Shown here in pieces: positions 16,911 to 25,986 of a stretch of DNA of 32,000 bases. Within the stretch, counting starts at the first letter, position 1. Every line of letters starts with the position of its first letter. A program made the position numbers and the translations under genes. Below the pieces are notes generated by a model. The model saw only the letters and a program-made list of their open reading frames with translations, made no database searches and had not been told where the DNA came from. This DNA comes from Xylella taiwanensis (lineage in GTDB: Bacteria; Pseudomonadota; Gammaproteobacteria; Xanthomonadales; Xanthomonadaceae). The stretch spans positions 2,610,001-2,642,000 of the forward strand of contig NZ_CP053627.1 of the NCBI RefSeq assembly GCF_013177435.1. The letters are read 5' to 3'.

Positions 16911-17007
16911 CTTTGTTCTCCTTAAATTAAATAGTCTCTAACATGCATCCGTCGCTATCGTGACGACGCCCTGTAAGCATAGCGGATGCAGCGAACACAA
17001 TGGCGCG

Positions 17008-17037
17008 TTGACAGCAAACGAATCACTTCATGATAAT
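17008..17037 (+). promoter_or_regulatory. Sigma70-type promoter for the tRNA cluster
   Basis: TTGACA (17008-17013), 18-nt spacer, GATAAT (17032-17037). About 47 nt upstream of tRNA-Pro. Confidence 0.55.
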
Positions 17038-17083
17038 GTTCGGGATATTAAGCCCTCTTTGGTGAATCAAAGGGTCATTTTAC

Positions 17084-17160
17084 CGGGGTATAGCGCAGTC
17101 TGGCAGCGCACCTGCTTTGGGAGCAGGGTGTCGGGGGTTCAAATCCCTCTACCCCGACCA
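17084..17160 (+). tRNA. tRNA-Pro (anticodon TGG)
   Basis: Hand-folded cloverleaf: acceptor CGGGGTA/TACCCCG, anticodon stem CCTGC/GCAGG with loop TTTGGGA, T-arm GGGGG-TTCAAAT-CCCTC, encoded CCA. 77 nt. Confidence 0.9.
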
Positions 17161-17234
17161 TGTTGCTTAGCTATGTATGGTTGGTATGCATGGTGGGTAA
17201 ATGTGGGTAAGTAAGGTGGGGGCTCCAGTTCCAA

Positions 17235-17313
17235 GCGCCCGTAGCTCAATCGGAATTAGAGCACCGGCCTTCTAAGCCGGCGGTTACAGGTTCGAGTCCT
17301 GTCGGGTGCGCCA
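17235..17313 (+). tRNA. tRNA-Arg (anticodon TCT)
   Basis: Acceptor GCGCCCG/CGGGTGC, anticodon stem CCGGC/GCCGG with loop CTTCTAA, T-arm ACAGG-TTCGAGT-CCTGT, encoded CCA. 79 nt with a long D-loop. Confidence 0.88.
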
Positions 17314-17351
17314 TAGAAGCGCGAACGTGGCAGGTAGATAGCAGTTTCAAT

Positions 17352-17429
17352 GGTGGCTGTAGCTCAGTTGGTTAGAGTACTGGATTGTGATTCCAGTTGT
17401 CGGGGGTTCGAATCCCCTCAGCCACCCCA
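17352..17429 (+). tRNA. tRNA-His (anticodon GTG)
   Basis: Extra G-1 opposite discriminator C. Acceptor GTGGCTG/CAGCCAC, anticodon stem CTGGA/TCCAG with loop TTGTGAT, T-arm GGGGG-TTCGAAT-CCCCT, encoded CCA. Confidence 0.9.
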
Positions 17430-17530
17430 CTGAACGCATTGAACCGAAACATCAGCGTTGGGTTTGCTTCTCAGTCTGTTGCATCAGCAACAAAGTATAC
17501 TATCATGGTGTAGCATCTTGATCGATTTTC

Positions 17531-17606
17531 GGGCCGTTAGCTCAGTTGGTAGAGCAGTTGACTCTTAATCAATAGGTCCAAGGTTCGAATCCTTGACGGC
17601 CCACCA
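17531..17606 (+). tRNA. tRNA-Lys (anticodon CTT)
   Basis: Acceptor GGGCCGT/ACGGCCC, anticodon stem GTTGA/TCAAT with loop CTCTTAA, T-arm CAAGG-TTCGAAT-CCTTG, encoded CCA. 76 nt. Confidence 0.9.
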
Positions 17607-17979
17607 CTTTCAAAGTGGTAAAATTTTAAAGAAAATCATGAAATTAGGCGAGAAATCAAGTCCCTTTGATTTTTTGCAAGAATTTGGTGCTCCAGAAAAT
17701 TCAACAGACATCTTCTCGCCGGCGGGCATGTTGTGGTCGTAAATTTTGAGCGTCGACTTCTGCTTGCGGCCGATAGCATCGGCCCCTATTTTGTGGCGCA
17801 TGTCACACAATCTGGAACCTCTTGGTAAGGGTGTGGAGCATGCTATTGCCGACAATATGGTGGCTGTCTCTGGATGAGTCGCATCTCTTGGCGCGGACCG
17901 GCTACAGGTTCATCCCGTCTTTAACCTTTTAAGACTGATTTTGAGATTATCGTGAAACGCGGGTGTGCTGCACTTGTTG

Positions 17980-18590
17980 ATGAGTGATAGACCCAATAAC
18001 GGGACGCCTGATTTCGGTGGACGTATTTCAACCGGCGATCAAAGCGTGGTAATCCAGATCGAAGCACTCAGTAAGGCTGAATGTCATCGCGTTTTTACTG
18101 AGGTGCTCAACAGCAAGAAAACGGAAAGGTCAGTATTACAGTAATTAGAAAATACGCGGCATATCTGCATTCCGGTAACACCTTGATGTAGCCTGGGAAA
18201 CTGACCAGCTTGGCAGGTCAATGTCCCGTTTAGTACATGACATCGAAGCCCTACGTGATCGGGGATGTTCTTCGGTAACCTTGATGTACAAACAGAGATA
18301 CCACCTTCACTCGCCGAAAATTGGTATTCAACTTGCAAGCCGGTTTTGGTGTCGGTTAAGACTCAGGAGTGCAACGGTGGCCGCCGCCCAATGATGATCA
18401 ATGCGAAACCAAATAAGGTAATAAAACCGATCGACAAGAAATGAACTGCCGCCACTCTCAAGGCCGCAAAGACCGCCGTATACGCCGCTCTCACGACGGC
18501 CAGCAATCGACATGGTGACCGCACCGACTTTCTCAGAATCAACGTCGAATCGAAATGTACCTGAAGCCGACACGTGCGGATTGTGTCCTT
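17980..18590 (+). pseudogene. Decayed serine recombinase (resolvase/invertase family) gene
   Basis: 17980: MSDRPNNGTPDFGGRISTGDQSVVIQIEALSKAECHRVFTEVLNSKKTERSVLQ* fits RVST.DQ...Q..AL...C.RIF....SG....RP.L. In the next frame, about 18170: HLDVAWETDQLGRSMSRLVHDIEALRDRG fits LVVWKLDRLGRS...L...I..L...G, preceded by an in-frame TAA. Later parts appear only as frame-hopping fragments. Confidence 0.55.
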
Positions 18591-18609
18591 CAAAGCAACC
18601 ACTTCAGGA

Positions 18610-18980
18610 TCAGTGCAGGGTAGGCTGGTACATCACGCTAAACTGCTTTGCCAAGGCGCACAGCCGCTGATCCAACGTCCACAATTGGACTCCCGGTGTC
18701 ATCAACGTGGAGGCAAGCATTAACAGATCTACAAAACCACAGCCCAAGCCAAACAGGCATTCGCGGTCGATCAAGTCCATCGCTTCCCGAATGCCGGCGT
18801 GTTGAGTCTGATGCAAACTGCTTAGATCGGACAGCGTTTGAATCCGATTGGGCGGTGTTCCACACGCGATTTCTCAACAATCAACAGATGCATCATCACC
18901 AGATCCAGCTCAAGCAAATCAACAAACACATCATTGTGTTTTCCGAAATGATCGACAAAAAAGATGCTTTGCAATGTCAA
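18610..18980 (-). pseudogene. vapC: Decayed PIN-domain toxin (VapC family)
   Basis: Two reverse frames join into ..LTLQSIFFVDHFGKHNDVFVDLLELDLVMMHLLIVE / EIACGTPPNRIQTLSDLSSLHQTQHAGIREAMDLIDRECLFGLGCGFVDLLMLASTLMTPGVQLWTLDQRLCALAKQF. This fits the VapC pattern LLDTS.WIDH.R...HP.V.GE.ACG...NR...L..L......E...LI....L.G.G.G.VD..LLAS......LWT.D.RL. The frameshift is at the AAA run near 18870. The first PIN Asp position reads LQS rather than LDT. Confidence 0.55.
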
Positions 18981-18999
18981 TGTACTGGCCACCGCTCCC

Positions 19000-19200
19000 T
19001 TAGCTTTACTCCCTGACATCGCTGGAAAAGGATGAGGCCCGACACAGTGGAAGGCTTGCCGGCCTTCGTACTCCAGGCAAGTACACTCATTGCATCCAGG
19101 ATTGAGTGCGCTATCCGACTGAAACTTTCGTATCGGTAGGTAAAGAGATTGCATCGCAGAGTGGCAATGAAACTGCCCACTTTTATTCCAATGGGATCGT
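19000..19200 (-). pseudogene. Possible decayed AbrB/MazE-type antitoxin (VapB) upstream of vapC
   Basis: Reverse-frame fragments ANDPIGIKVGS then KWAVSLPLCDAISLPTDTKVSVG* resemble the G.S.AV.LP.....L....D.V.V swapped-hairpin motif. They are split over at least two frames. Confidence 0.3.
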
Positions 19201-19210
19201 TAGCCACTTG

Positions 19211-19672
19211 TCATGTGCCGGTTCGACCCTGATCGCTATCTGGTATGACGATCCGTATCGGGCGAGTTCCGATCTTTGCACCCGTAACCTCATCCACAGC
19301 AACCGCTTTTATTTCTGTACCCGTTTGGGCATCCAGAAAACGCACCCACTTACCTCCACCACAGTGATGACGTCCCCACGCGCCAATCACGAAAAGAATT
19401 GGCAAAAAGTCGTGTCCGGCGACAGTCAATAGATACTCATCGCGAGGTGGGTGCTCCAAGTAGCGCCGCTTTTCTAGCAGTCCTCCTTGCGTCAACGCTG
19501 CCAATCGTCGGGTCAGGATCGTGGGAGCAATACCTAAGCTTTTCCGAAATTGGTCGAAACGGGTGAGGCCGGCATGGGCATCCCGCAGGATCAGCATGCT
19601 CCAAGCATCGCCGACTAGAGCAAGACTGCGTGCAATTGGACAAGGGTCATCAAAGACGCTCCGATTATTCAT
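19211..19672 (-). CDS. HxlR-family winged-helix transcriptional regulator
   Basis: 153-aa ORF: CPIARSLALVGDAWSMLILRDAHAGLTRFDQFRKSLGIAPTILTRRLAALTQGGLLEKRRYLEHPPRDEYLLTVAG is the HxlR signature. It is divergent from an SDR gene, a common pairing. Confidence 0.9.
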   Translation of the reverse strand: MNNRSVFDDPCPIARSLALVGDAWSMLILRDAHAGLTRFDQFRKSLGIAPTILTRRLAALTQGGLLEKRRYLEHPPRDEYLLTVAGHDFLPILFVIGAWGRHHCGGGKWVRFLDAQTGTEIKAVAVDEVTGAKIGTRPIRIVIPDSDQGRTGT

Positions 19673-19680
19673 ACTCTTTC

Positions 19681-19733
19681 GATAGTGACTTTTGTGTTTG
19701 GAGATATTAATATTACTATCGAAATGATAGTAA
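19681..19733. promoter_or_regulatory. Candidate operator in the HxlR/SDR divergent intergenic region
   Basis: Perfect inverted repeat TTACTATC-gaaat-GATAGTAA (19713-19733), plus a third half-site GATAGTGA (19681-19688) 9 nt from the regulator start codon. Confidence 0.4.
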
Positions 19734-19776
19734 CAGCATAGTCTCTCCCAAGTTTATCCTCAAGGAAACCACATCT

Positions 19777-20598
19777 ATGAACAAAAACAACACAAATGTA
19801 GCTCTCATCACAGGCGCTTCTTCTGGTATTGGTCAGGTGACAGCGTTGGCCCTTAAGCATGCCGGTTTTCGCGTGTTCGGGACTAGCCGCAAGGAAGTTC
19901 CCACAGATTGTGACAACATCACCATGCTCAAGTGCGACGTCACCGACGAAGCATCCGTACAGCAGACCGTCGCAGAGGTGCTGCAGCAAACAGGCCGTAT
20001 CGACCTACTCGTCAACAATGCCGGCATCGGTTTACTCGGCGCGACGGAGGAGTCTTCTGCCACTCAAGCACAGGCGCTATTTGATGTGAATGTGTTCGGC
20101 ATACATCGCGTCACCAACGCCGTATTGCCAGTCATGCGCCGTCAGAAGAAGGGAAGGATCATCAACATCAGTTCCGTACTTGGCCTGATCCCTGCTCCCT
20201 ACAACGCACTGTACTCATCGACGAAACATGCGATAGAAGGTTATTCCGAATCACTCGACCACGAATTGCGTACGTTCGGCATTCGAGTCGTTCTCGTCGA
20301 ACCAGGCGCTACACGTACATCATTTGAGGAAAATATCACCCGGCCTGACAGGCCGCTTCCCTGCTACGACGTAGAACGTTCGCGAATGGAAGCCGTCATG
20401 CGGAAGATGGTGCACATGGGCGATTCTGCCGAAGTGGTCGCCGCAACAGTGGTGAAAGCAGCATTGGCAACCACTCCCAAACGTCGCTATCACGCTGGCC
20501 AGCAGGCTAGCCAAGTACGCACCCTGCGCCGCTTCCTTCCAGAGTCGCTATTTGACAGGAGCTTGCGAAAGATCAATGGACTCCCAGCATGTCCGTGA
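19777..20598 (+). CDS. Short-chain dehydrogenase/reductase (SDR) family oxidoreductase
   Basis: 273-aa ORF with TGASSGIGQ (TGxxxGxG), NNAG and YSSTKHA (YxxxK). Confidence 0.92.
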   Translation: MNKNNTNVALITGASSGIGQVTALALKHAGFRVFGTSRKEVPTDCDNITMLKCDVTDEASVQQTVAEVLQQTGRIDLLVNNAGIGLLGATEESSATQAQALFDVNVFGIHRVTNAVLPVMRRQKKGRIINISSVLGLIPAPYNALYSSTKHAIEGYSESLDHELRTFGIRVVLVEPGATRTSFEENITRPDRPLPCYDVERSRMEAVMRKMVHMGDSAEVVAATVVKAALATTPKRRYHAGQQASQVRTLRRFLPESLFDRSLRKINGLPACP

Positions 20599-21125
20599 GT
20601 AGATACACTCTATAGAGGCTAACGCATCCGATCACCCTCAATGCGTAGCTGCTATTCCTTCGTCACGGGCATTGGGGAAACGACCTCATCTGACACAAAT
20701 ACGATGGGCGTCCGAGGATGTTTCTTTGGGGACATTGAAAAAACTTAAGCTGCTGATAGGCAAGAAAATGGCATCGACTCTTCATCAAGAGCCGAGTGAG
20801 ATTCAATGTTCAAACCCTTGACTGACCACCACCATCAGGCCGCGAACCAACTTAAATTGAAAAAATCGTGTTCCCTCAATGTACAACGGCAATACGTGCT
20901 GCTTAGCCTGCCTACATCAGCATTCGCTATTTTCCTGCTCACCACAGACAGCGTGGCATCCGTTGGAGACCCTCTGTTACCGATTTCATTAACACTGACC
21001 TGAATTCAGCGTCAGGTATCAGCACGGGAAATTTCAGAAATGCTCAATACAGCCGGACCTATCCAGATCGGGGCTGCTTGTCATTCGAGGACGCGCATCA
21101 TTTCCCAGCAGAAATATCCGCTCTT

Positions 21126-21157
21126 CCGGTGAATGGAGAATATTCTCCATTCACCGG
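21126..21157. repeat. Perfect 32-bp palindrome in a gene-free stretch
   Basis: CCGGTGAATGGAGAAT|ATTCTCCATTCACCGG, checked base by base. Confidence 0.9.
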
Positions 21158-21792
21158 CGAGTTGTATCCAGTCCGCAGCCACCTCATGCTAAAACTAATA
21201 TTTTGCCTGCACACACCACTGCCCTATTGCGGATACCACGCACTGGCTCTCTTCCAGCACATCGCCCCGATATAGCACCCGATACGATCAGCAGACATGA
21301 CGTGTTGAAGCACATATGGGCGCAAAGCCTCTCCCTGCACACACTGCGGGGGTTCCAACCAGTCACGCACATCAACCGTAAAAACAGCGCTTTCTCAAGC
21401 CTCTAGCCCAAGCATTGCTGAACCTGAAAACTTTTATAAATTCAGCCAACCGAGAAAAGAGACAGAACTGATCACGTGTGTCATCGCTGATCGTCGACAA
21501 TACGGTCATCCGCAATATCCCGCAGCATCACCGTGATTGTTCGGTGGCACTCGTCCAATGTGTCTTCATCAAAGTTTTCGAAGGAAATACCAATGTTATA
21601 GAACAATCGCCAACGCACTCAGGAAAGACACCAGCAATATTTCATGCTTTCGTTTCATGAAACACCCTGACCACTCTCTAATCCAAGCGGGCACAACGTG
21701 AGGTGACTTCGGCTCACGCACATCGCCTTTACAATGCACCAGCAGCATATTAAAGCTGCTTAAAGTCGCATCGGCATGCCCCTCCCTTCATT

Positions 21793-24363
21793 TCATCCGA
21801 CAGCGACAGCCAGCCTATCTGGATCAAGTAAGAGACGGCAGGTACTCACCACATCCGCCAGTTTTTGAGCGCTATGCCTCCAGGAAGCAATACGCACACG
21901 GTCGGGCGTGGGTCTGTTTGGCGCGTGAAGCCATTGCACCACTGTCGCCGGCCAAGTATCCGGAGCAGTGCCATCAAAGTAATGTGGATAATCAGCCATG
22001 ATTTCCAGGAACACAGGCAGTGGCCTGGCTAAAATTGGCAACCCGAAATGCGCTGCCTCCAACAACGGCAAGCCGTAACCTTCACCGTCGGAAAGTGCTA
22101 AGAGGACAGTGGCATGGATGTAAAGTGCGGACAGCTCCACGTCGGTGGCATCACTGAGCCAGAATAGCCGACGACCTGCCTCAAGGTGCCGGGTCAGCCG
22201 CATGACCAACGCTTGCTCGGACCACCCACGCTGGCCCACCACCACCAAATTCACGTCCTCACCATCCTCCCAGAGTTGCTCACAAATCCGTAGCGCGTGC
22301 GCATGACCTTTGCGTGGCTCCAAGGTACCGACGCTCAATAGGGTAGGACGCATCGCCAGTGCTGCACGCAGCTCCTCACGGATCGCCAGCTGCGACGTGG
22401 ACACTTCGGGAAAGCTGACGCCGAGTGGAAAATGCATCACCTGCGGCCGTACACCGAACTGGTAGTTAATCATGGTGTACTGCAACCACGTGGACAGTTC
22501 ATCGGCAGTGGTGGCCGAAATGCAGGCGATCCCATCGGCCAGATGAGCCACCGTATGCAGCCATTCCTCGAACAGCTTGCGCGAATACGGGTGGAAGCAG
22601 TCAGGTAACGTCATCGGCAGCAGGTCATAAACTACAAAACAGGTCGCCACTCCAGCCCGGCGCCAGTCTTGCAAGCGTGCACGCGCGGCGTTGATCGCCT
22701 CCGGTGCCCAATCCAGACCAACGAATACGTCGCCGGGATACACCATCACGATTCCTTCTTGCGGCATGTCTGACACGACACCAAGTAACTGTGCAGCGAA
22801 ACGCCGTGCATAGTGATACTGACCGTCGCGTAAGCACACTGGAACGATGCAGACCCCCGGCGGCGGTGTGTTCAACCATTCACGCAGGATGCTGCGGGTG
22901 ACACGGTACGTTCCGGTGCCGATGTCAGTTTGGGCAATGTTGCTGACGTCGACCAACCATTGTGGCGGCTGTGGTGCAACGCGCATTGAACAAATTGAGA
23001 ACGCCGCTTGAGCCAGATCGTTACGTTCCGGGTGACCGGGCAATGCCGCCAGATCGGCCACCAATTGCCTCTCAGCAGTCGGTGACGTCTCGGCTACCGC
23101 TGTGTCGCTCTGTGTACCACTGACACGGCGAGACGGCATTCCGGAAGATCGCACTTGTAATCGTGCCAAGCCCTCCAATGCACGCTGCGCCACACGATCC
23201 CAAGTGAATGTAGCCGCACGGCGCAGACCATAGTCACGCAGTGACTGCAACCACGCTGGATCATCAAGCACCTGGCGCATGCGTGCACTCAAGGCAACAT
23301 GGTTATCAGGCGGAAACAGGATGTCCTGGCGACCCGCCACCTCTGGCAAGCTCGTCGCATCACTGCACAATGTGGGCGCACCACAGGCCATCGCCTCCAG
23401 CACAGGAAGCCCGAAACCTTCCAAACGCGATGGGAACACGAACAAGGCACACTGCCCATAGAGCGCAACCAAATCGATATCGCTGACACGTCCGGTGAAC
23501 ACCACCTCCTGCTGATGCAACCCCAGCTGCCGGCACAACGCAACCATCGACCGGCGGACTTCACGATCGTCACCGAGTATGACCAGCTGGTGGCGTTGAC
23601 GTAACGCGATTGGTAGCAGCACAAAAGCACGCAGCAAAGCAGGAACATTCTTACGCTGGTCCAAGCCACCGTTGTATAGCACGTAAGGACGGGTGATCGA
23701 GAAACGCTCAAGCAGCCCGCCACGCTGCTCAGCATCGAATCCAAGCGGACGGAAACTTGAGTCAACACCACCACCGATCACGACAAGACGTTCCGGATCA
23801 AGATGCAGCCGCCGTACTGCCTCTTGCGCCGTCCATTCGGAAAGGCAGAACAGCATGTCGCAACTGGACAGAAAAGCACTGCGCCGCGCATACCACGCCT
23901 TGGGCAGCGGTCCTTGCAAGAATGCTTCCGGATCCTGCAACGGAATCAGATCGTAGAGAGTGGCGACGCGGTACGTCCCAGGCAGTGGCGCATCTGGCAG
24001 CACCGCATCCTCGTCGTACCCCTCAAACACACTGCTGTGCCAAACCGCGTCTGCGTCCAACCAGCTGAGACCATAGCGGCTCAAACGTGAGGCAGCATAA
24101 CGACGCCAGGCGTTGCCAGTCAGATGTTCAGACGTACGGTGCGGGAGGCGTAGCAGGTGGATGCGTGCACGTGGCACCACGGCGCCAAACTCGGCAATTA
24201 ATGCATCAATGGTCTGTTCCAGTGGCGCGTTCAGCACGAGGTGAATGTCGTGCGCCTCGCTGGCTTGGCGCAGCAGTGCCTTCGTCAGCTCACGGGTATA
24301 ACGGCCGATACCGCGCAGATGGCTGCGCGTCTGCGCACCAAGCAAATCGATGACCAACTTCAC
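21793..24363 (-). CDS. Two-module GT4 (group 1) glycosyltransferase, WbdA/WxcA-like architecture
   Basis: 856-aa ORF with GTG start. Two separate GT-B C-terminal signatures: PSRLEGFGLPVLEAMACGAPTLCSDATSLPEV and LSDGEGYGLPLLEAAHFGLPILARPLPVFLEI. Confidence 0.88.
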   Translation of the reverse strand: MKLVIDLLGAQTRSHLRGIGRYTRELTKALLRQASEAHDIHLVLNAPLEQTIDALIAEFGAVVPRARIHLLRLPHRTSEHLTGNAWRRYAASRLSRYGLSWLDADAVWHSSVFEGYDEDAVLPDAPLPGTYRVATLYDLIPLQDPEAFLQGPLPKAWYARRSAFLSSCDMLFCLSEWTAQEAVRRLHLDPERLVVIGGGVDSSFRPLGFDAEQRGGLLERFSITRPYVLYNGGLDQRKNVPALLRAFVLLPIALRQRHQLVILGDDREVRRSMVALCRQLGLHQQEVVFTGRVSDIDLVALYGQCALFVFPSRLEGFGLPVLEAMACGAPTLCSDATSLPEVAGRQDILFPPDNHVALSARMRQVLDDPAWLQSLRDYGLRRAATFTWDRVAQRALEGLARLQVRSSGMPSRRVSGTQSDTAVAETSPTAERQLVADLAALPGHPERNDLAQAAFSICSMRVAPQPPQWLVDVSNIAQTDIGTGTYRVTRSILREWLNTPPPGVCIVPVCLRDGQYHYARRFAAQLLGVVSDMPQEGIVMVYPGDVFVGLDWAPEAINAARARLQDWRRAGVATCFVVYDLLPMTLPDCFHPYSRKLFEEWLHTVAHLADGIACISATTADELSTWLQYTMINYQFGVRPQVMHFPLGVSFPEVSTSQLAIREELRAALAMRPTLLSVGTLEPRKGHAHALRICEQLWEDGEDVNLVVVGQRGWSEQALVMRLTRHLEAGRRLFWLSDATDVELSALYIHATVLLALSDGEGYGLPLLEAAHFGLPILARPLPVFLEIMADYPHYFDGTAPDTWPATVVQWLHAPNRPTPDRVRIASWRHSAQKLADVVSTCRLLLDPDRLAVAVG

Positions 24364-24590
24364 GGACGGTCGTCCTTCCCTGTTGCAATGAGCAACTGAC
24401 GGTAGATCGATACAGCCACCTCCGGCACATCGGCCTCACCGATGTCGAGCAACGCACGACGATACGTGCGAGCATGCACTCGATGTCTGAGCCAGACATC
24501 CACAGGCGGAACGAAGGAGAGCAAGCGCACGATCAGACGCTTGAGACGACCGTTGCGAGCAAGCCACGCATTGATCCGTAACAGTGACAT
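24360..24590 (-). CDS. Small basic hypothetical protein between the two glycosyltransferase genes
   Basis: 76-aa ORF whose TGA overlaps the GTG of the downstream GT (GTGA). Arg-rich, no recognisable motif, poor SD. It could be spurious. Confidence 0.35.
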   Translation of the reverse strand: MSLLRINAWLARNGRLKRLIVRLLSFVPPVDVWLRHRVHARTYRRALLDIGEADVPEVAVSIYRQLLIATGKDDRP

Positions 24591-24611
24591 AAATAATTCT
24601 GGCCTGATCCT

Positions 24612-25940
24612 TCAATGGGGAAGCATGACTGCCAATGCAGCGCGCGCACTGCTCAGCGAGAAGTGCTGCTTGATGATCCGTTGGCCGTTGTCTGACAGGC
24701 GTTGCCACAACTCCGGATCTTCGTGAGCACACACCGCATCCATGGCCAAACCTTCCGCGTTGCACCTGATCAACACATCTATACCAGAACGCAGATACAT
24801 GCCTTCAGCACCGCTAGGTGTCGTTACAACAGGTAAGCCGTATGCCAACGCCTCACTGACCTTACCCTTAACACCGGCACCAAAGCGCAGTGGAGCGAGG
24901 CTGACCCGGCATGCATGAAGCAAAGGAGCTATCTGTGGCACATGGCCGTGGAAGTTGACTCCAGGACATACTGGCTCGTGACTCCGTATCGCTTCGGCCA
25001 GCCCGGCACCAACCAAGTGCAACTGTGCGTCAGGCAGAAGCTCGCGGATGCGTGGGAAGATTTCGCGCAGCAACCAGCGAACTGCATCGATATTCGGTGG
25101 ATGACGGCTACCGCCGACAAACAGGAAACCGTTTCGGGACATGAACGGAGGGATATTCTCAACCATGTCGTGGATGCTCGGTACCACCTCGATACGCGCC
25201 TCTGGCAACGACATGGCTAAGTATTCGCGTTCGGTCGGACTGACCACCCAAACCAGATCAGCATGACTCATCGCATGCAACTCCCGACGGCGCGTGATGG
25301 CTGCGGCAGCACGCAGACCAGCAAGATTACGCAACTCGGCTTCGCGTTGCTCACGCAGGTGATGTAAATCAACTGTATCCAAGATGCACAGACTGTGAGG
25401 CAATAGTGCACGTAGTAACGGCAGCCAAAACAGACCAAGGTGGTAGCGGCAGACGACAACGGCACAATAACGTTCCGGGTTGGTGACCAGCCAGGAGGGG
25501 AAGCCACCGGCGACAGGGGTGGTTTCGATACCAATCGCACGTAATTCCGTGACCTCAGCGGCGCTGGGCAGGCGTTCCTCGCAATGCAACACCAGCGTGT
25601 AGCCGAGGGACACCATCAAACGCATCAAATGGTGGCAGCGCAATGAGCCTGCGTCGCAATCTGGGCGCGGCGGCACCGTATCAATGATCAGAATATAGCG
25701 GTCATTGGAGCCCTGCGTTGCACTGACAGGCACTACAGGAGTGACACTAGCCGGTGCTGACTGGTCGGCAGAAATATCAGCGCGCCGTCGGATCAACGGC
25801 CCAAGACGGCGGGAATACAGTGCGATACGGACGCGATGTAACCTGGCGCACTGACGTCGCCATTGAAACGGTAGGTAAACGCCGAGAAAACGCGTAAACG
25901 GAATCCGATCATGCTTACGTGAGACAGTGTCAACAGACAT
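24612..25940 (-). CDS. Glycosyltransferase (group 1-like C-terminal half)
   Basis: 442-aa ORF: FLFVGGSRHPPNIDAVRWLLREIFPRI...LHLVGAG...APLRFGAGVKGKVSEALAYGLPVVTTPSGAEGM. The true start is uncertain, since the first 90 aa are low-complexity and basic. Confidence 0.8.
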   Translation of the reverse strand: MSVDTVSRKHDRIPFTRFLGVYLPFQWRRQCARLHRVRIALYSRRLGPLIRRRADISADQSAPASVTPVVPVSATQGSNDRYILIIDTVPPRPDCDAGSLRCHHLMRLMVSLGYTLVLHCEERLPSAAEVTELRAIGIETTPVAGGFPSWLVTNPERYCAVVVCRYHLGLFWLPLLRALLPHSLCILDTVDLHHLREQREAELRNLAGLRAAAAITRRRELHAMSHADLVWVVSPTEREYLAMSLPEARIEVVPSIHDMVENIPPFMSRNGFLFVGGSRHPPNIDAVRWLLREIFPRIRELLPDAQLHLVGAGLAEAIRSHEPVCPGVNFHGHVPQIAPLLHACRVSLAPLRFGAGVKGKVSEALAYGLPVVTTPSGAEGMYLRSGIDVLIRCNAEGLAMDAVCAHEDPELWQRLSDNGQRIIKQHFSLSSARAALAVMLPH

Positions 25941-25986
25941 GTGGGTGTTGAGCTAGACTCCCTGGAATTCTCATTCTCACATACCC

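Noticed and set aside
17610-17855. Possible P4-type integrase N-terminal (DUF4102-like) remnant on the minus strand next to tRNA-Lys (..IGRKQKSTLKIYDHN..KKSKGLD..)
   Set aside because: The similarity is only a few scattered residues. The orientation runs toward the tRNA, and the space of about 250 nt does not fit an integrase. The evidence is too weak to report as a feature.
20806-21406. Small ORFs 20806..21003, 21078..21275, 21184..21375 and 21203..21406
   Set aside because: They lack SD and start context and have no motifs. ORF 21078..21275 is interrupted conceptually by the 32-bp palindrome. I treat the region as non-coding or decayed.
22625-25540. Numerous internal and antisense ORFs within the two glycosyltransferase genes
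   Set aside because: They are shadow ORFs. The long minus-strand frames carry the GT-B signatures.
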